64,000 nucleotides of DNA from contig CAWDVR010000001.1 of NCBI GenBank assembly GCA_963805975.1, positions 1 through 64,000 of the forward strand. The letters run 5' to 3'. The notes below the pieces were generated by a model, which was not told the DNA's origin, ran no database searches, and saw nothing but the letters and a program-made list of their open reading frames with translations. This DNA is from an uncultured Acidobacteriota bacterium. Lineage in GTDB: Bacteria; Acidobacteriota; Thermoanaerobaculia; Multivoradales; SZUA-115. The translations under genes were made by a program, and so were the position numbers. Shown piece by piece: positions 61,033 to 64,000 of the stretch. Within the stretch, counting starts at the first letter, position 1; every line of letters begins with the position of its first letter.

Positions 61033-62376
61033 ATGGCTCGACCGAAGCACCCACGGCCCGAGACCCTGGCCCTCTTCAGCCAGGGCGCCGCCGCAGCCGG
61101 GTCCACACGCACCGTGGTGGCGCACTTCCTCTTCGGCTGTGCTCCCTGCGCTTCGACCGTGGCCCGGGCCGCGGCGCTGGTGTCGGCCGCGCCCGAGCCT
61201 CCGGAGCGCTACCAGGAGGCGATCGCCCGCGCCGCCCGGGCGGCCGAGCACCGCTGCCGAGAGCTGGCCCGCGCGGGGGAGACCACCGACGAGTTCCTCG
61301 GCCTCCTCCTGCGCCAGCCGCGCACTCGCCAAGTGCTCCTGCTGCGCAACTCCGAGCGCGGCAAGACCTGGGCCCTGGTCGAGCGCCTGCTCGCCGCGAG
61401 CTTCGAGGTCCGCTTCGACGACCCGCAGAAGATGGTGGCCTTGGCGGAGCTCGCGCTGCGCGTCGCCGCCGGCCTCGAGCCCGCGCGCTACGGGCCGCAC
61501 CGGGTCGTCGACCTCCAGGCGCGAGCGGCGGCCGAGCTCGCCAACGCCCTGCGCGTGGCGGACCGGCACGACACCTCCATGCTCGCCCTGCTGGCGGCGT
61601 TCGAGCTCGCGCGGCACGGCACGCTCGACCCGCTGCTCAAGGCACACCTCTTCGTGGTGGCGTCGTCGGTGCTGCGCCAGCGGCGTCGCCTGAACCTGGC
61701 CGCACTGGCTCTCGAGCGCGCCCTCCGCGTCTACCAGCGCCACGGCCTGCGGCACGAGGCGGGCCGAGTGCTGGTGAGCTGGTCGCTGCTCGAGACCCAG
61801 CGCCCCGACGTGCCGAAGAGCGTCGAGCTCCTGTGCCGCGGCGCCGACCTGATCGAGGTCTGGCGGGACCGCCGCCTGGCGACCACGGTGGTCAAGAACC
61901 TGCTCTTCAGCCTCGTCGACCTCGGCCGCTTCACCGTCGCCGGAGAGCTGCTCGCCGAGTGCCGCGGCATCTTCGCCGAGTTCGGGGACCGCCTGGTCGA
62001 GCTGCGGCTGAAATGGCTCGAAGGCCGGATCGCCGCCGGCACCGGCCGCGAGGTGGAAGCCGAGGTGAAGTTCCTCGAGGTCGGCCGTGGCCTCGAACGC
62101 GCCGCGCTCCCCTACGACGCCTCCCTGGTGCGGCTCGACCTGGCGCTGATCCTGCGCCGCCAAGGGCGGCTCTTCGAGCTCCGGCGGCTGGTGCAGGAGA
62201 TGCTCGAGAGCTTCCGCCTCCTGAAGCTCGAGCGCGAGGCGGTCGCCGCCCTGCTGGTGCTCTCCGAAGCCGTCGACCAGCCACCGGTGCCGATGGTCCT
62301 CATCAGCCGGGTGCGGGACTTTCTGTGCCGCCTGCCGCTCGAGCCGGGGCTGAGATTCGAGCCCGCCGGCGCCTGA
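61033..62376 (+). CDS. Zn-finger (HP...HxxxxCxxC) plus TPR-like helical-repeat protein
   Basis: KHPRPETL...VVAHFLFGCAPC resembles zf-HC2/ZAS; followed by TPR-like helices (AELANALRVAD, ALERALRVY, WLEGRIAAG, LDLALIL). Confidence 0.75.
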   Translation: MARPKHPRPETLALFSQGAAAAGSTRTVVAHFLFGCAPCASTVARAAALVSAAPEPPERYQEAIARAARAAEHRCRELARAGETTDEFLGLLLRQPRTRQVLLLRNSERGKTWALVERLLAASFEVRFDDPQKMVALAELALRVAAGLEPARYGPHRVVDLQARAAAELANALRVADRHDTSMLALLAAFELARHGTLDPLLKAHLFVVASSVLRQRRRLNLAALALERALRVYQRHGLRHEAGRVLVSWSLLETQRPDVPKSVELLCRGADLIEVWRDRRLATTVVKNLLFSLVDLGRFTVAGELLAECRGIFAEFGDRLVELRLKWLEGRIAAGTGREVEAEVKFLEVGRGLERAALPYDASLVRLDLALILRRQGRLFELRRLVQEMLESFRLLKLEREAVAALLVLSEAVDQPPVPMVLISRVRDFLCRLPLEPGLRFEPAGA

Positions 62377-62406
62377 GGCCGGTGGTGAAAAGACGAGGGG
62401 CTGGGA

Positions 62407-62560
62407 CCAATACCGTTCACTGAAGCCTCGTTGCTCGTCATCCCCGCGAAAGCGGGGATCCATCTGGGTCTGGTCGCCCGCCCTGGATCCCCGCTTTCGC
62501 GGGGATGACGGCAAAGAGAAGAACTCGATTGGAGGACAGTCACTAAGTGAACGGTATTGG
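62407..62560. mobile_element. MITE-like element, 154 bp, with 15-bp terminal inverted repeats enclosing a second-family REP hairpin
   Basis: ccaataccgttcact (62407-62421) / agtgaacggtattgg (62546-62560); inner 27-bp near-perfect inverted repeat cgtcatccccgcgaaagcggggatcca (62436-62462) / 62484-62510. Confidence 0.7.
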
Positions 62561-62562
62561 GG

Positions 62563-63348
62563 CTAGGACGACGCCGAGGAGTAGGCCGCCAGGCCGCGCT
62601 TCCAGATCCAGGAGACGGCGGCCGAGAGCCCGGCGGTGACCGCCGCCGCGTGCAGCAGCAGGCGCCAGCTCGGGCCGTCGAAGAGCGCCGTGGCCGGCAC
62701 CGAGGCGATGAACCCGAGGGGCAGCACGGTCAGCAGCGCCAGGCGCAGCCAGCCGCGGTAGATGCTGACCGGCCGCTCGCCCAGGTGGCTCAAGGTCCAG
62801 CTCACCTCGAGCAGGCCGTGCGTCGAATGCAGCCAGAACACGGGCAGGATGAACATCAGCCGGTTGAGGTAGATGAGGAACGTGCCGAGCGGGATCAGCA
62901 GGAGATACGCCACCACGTGGCCGGTGCCGAGCTCGCCGGGGTAGCGCGCCAGGGCCCACACGACGAGCCCCGCGGCGGCGAGCACGTTGAGGAAGGAGTT
63001 GGCCGCGAAGTCGCGCAGCGAAAGGAAATAGAGCGACGACACCGGCCGCACCAGGTAGTAGTCGAGGTCGCCCTTGTTGATAAGTAAGGGCAGTGCCCAG
63101 AGGTTGTTCGAGAAGACGGTCATGTAGATGGCGTCCGAGAGCAGGTAGGCGCAGACGAAGAGATAGATCTGATCGAGGTCCCAACCGCCCAGGAGCGGCG
63201 TCTGGCCGTAGATCACGGTGAAGAAGGCGAGGCTCACGGCGTAGTAGATGAGGTCCATGACCACTCGGAAGAAGAAGTCGAGCCGGAACTCGAAGGCACG
63301 GCTCGCCGAGTAGCGCAGGAAGTGGAGGTAGAGCGTCAGGTAGCGCAT
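62563..63348 (-). CDS. ABC-2 family transporter permease (DUF990-like)
   Basis: About 6 TM segments; INKGDLDYYLVRPV, RPVSIY, VLPLGFIASVPA, RGLAAYSSASS. Confidence 0.85.
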   Translation of the reverse strand: MRYLTLYLHFLRYSASRAFEFRLDFFFRVVMDLIYYAVSLAFFTVIYGQTPLLGGWDLDQIYLFVCAYLLSDAIYMTVFSNNLWALPLLINKGDLDYYLVRPVSSLYFLSLRDFAANSFLNVLAAAGLVVWALARYPGELGTGHVVAYLLLIPLGTFLIYLNRLMFILPVFWLHSTHGLLEVSWTLSHLGERPVSIYRGWLRLALLTVLPLGFIASVPATALFDGPSWRLLLHAAAVTAGLSAAVSWIWKRGLAAYSSASS

Positions 63349-63404
63349 GGAATGCCCGGCGGAGCATACTGCCCCCATTGGAACGCCCCAATTCGAGCGT
63401 CCCC

Positions 63405-63417
63405 AATTCAATAGCAA
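63405..63417 (+). promoter_or_regulatory. Ada box
   Basis: AAT-TCAATA-GCAA matches AAT-N6-GCAA and lies 43 nt upstream of the ada ATG. Confidence 0.65.
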
Positions 63418-63460
63418 GGGGCGGAGTGATCGGCCGCGGCGGCCGGCCTATCCTGCCGCC

Positions 63461-64000
63461 ATGATGACCCAGACGATCGACCCCACCCCGGACCGGAGAC
63501 CCTTGTTGCAACCCACCCTCGACACGCTCGACGAGGCCCGCTGGCAGGCGGTCGTCGCGCGCGACGCGGCGGCGGACGGACGGTTCGTGACCGCCGTCAA
63601 GACGACCGGCATCTACTGCCGGCCGAGCTGCCCGGCACGGCGGCCGAAGCGGGAGAACGTGGAGTTCTTCCTCACCTGCGGCGAGGCCGAGGCCGCCGGC
63701 TTCCGCGCCTGCCTGCGCTGCCGGCCGGCCGGCGCCCCGCCCGCCGACGAGCGCCTGGCCAAGATCCAGCGCGCCTGCCGGCTGATCGAGCAGGCCGAGG
63801 AGCCGCCGAAGCTGGCCGAGCTGGCGGCCGCGGTGGGCCTCTCGCCCTTCCACCTGCAGCGCAAGTTCCGCGAGGCGGTGGGCGTCTCGCCACGGGTCTA
63901 CTTCGAGTCGCTGCGCCGCAAGCGGCTACAGCAGAGCCTGGAGGCCGGCCGCTCGGTGACCGACGCGCTCTACGAGGCCGGCTTCGGCTCCAGCAGCCGG
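63461..64000 (+). CDS. ada: Ada adaptive-response regulator / methyltransferase; runs off the window end and is absent from the supplied ORF track
   Basis: Manual translation gives RWQAVVARD, AVKTTGIYCRPSCPARRP, GFRACLRCRP, then the AraC HTH (VGLSPFHLQRKF). Confidence 0.93.
   Translation, partial: MMTQTIDPTPDRRPLLQPTLDTLDEARWQAVVARDAAADGRFVTAVKTTGIYCRPSCPARRPKRENVEFFLTCGEAEAAGFRACLRCRPAGAPPADERLAKIQRACRLIEQAEEPPKLAELAAAVGLSPFHLQRKFREAVGVSPRVYFESLRRKRLQQSLEAGRSVTDALYEAGFGSSSR

Overview
The window is a composite of two unrelated high-GC segments joined abruptly at about 11916. Segment A (1-~11915) looks alphaproteobacterial and is full of single-base frameshifts, most likely uncorrected read errors. 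It carries a BisC/TorZ-type molybdo-oxidoreductase, phoX, an NDP-sugar epimerase plus DegT aminotransferase, DUF1801, radC, a membrane protein, an RluA-family gene and the 3' half of secA. Segment B (~11916-64000) is cleanly coded and looks acidobacterial (Thermoanaerobaculia-like; inferred from the VWFA-type protein and the C-terminal 'FxDGFExG' motif). It carries a truncated large GreA-domain gene, a HEAT/RodZ/DnaJ-TPR/PP2C cluster, a decayed NB-ARC-TPR gene between REP-like hairpins, glycosylation genes, fadJ, tRNA-Pro, OPT and MFS transporters, two sulfatase-fold genes, a toxin-antitoxin pair, the kdsB-pyrG-kdsA-kdsD-kdsC-lpxL operon, a PilZ-TM-AMIN-like protein, ispB, lolA, purH, tusA, tRNA-Phe, a DUF885-MBL fusion, opgC, hisS-hutH, a choice-of-anchor-B-like protein, an ABC permease and the 5' end of ada. 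The best candidate for an undescribed system is at 60720-62560: an AT-rich promoter, then a 35-aa peptide gene with a strong RBS (ending ...GGTSDPVGGPGG), then a Zn-finger/TPR-like protein. This layout resembles peptide-receptor (RRNPP-like) signalling cassettes. All calls come from reading the sequence by eye; no database search was run.
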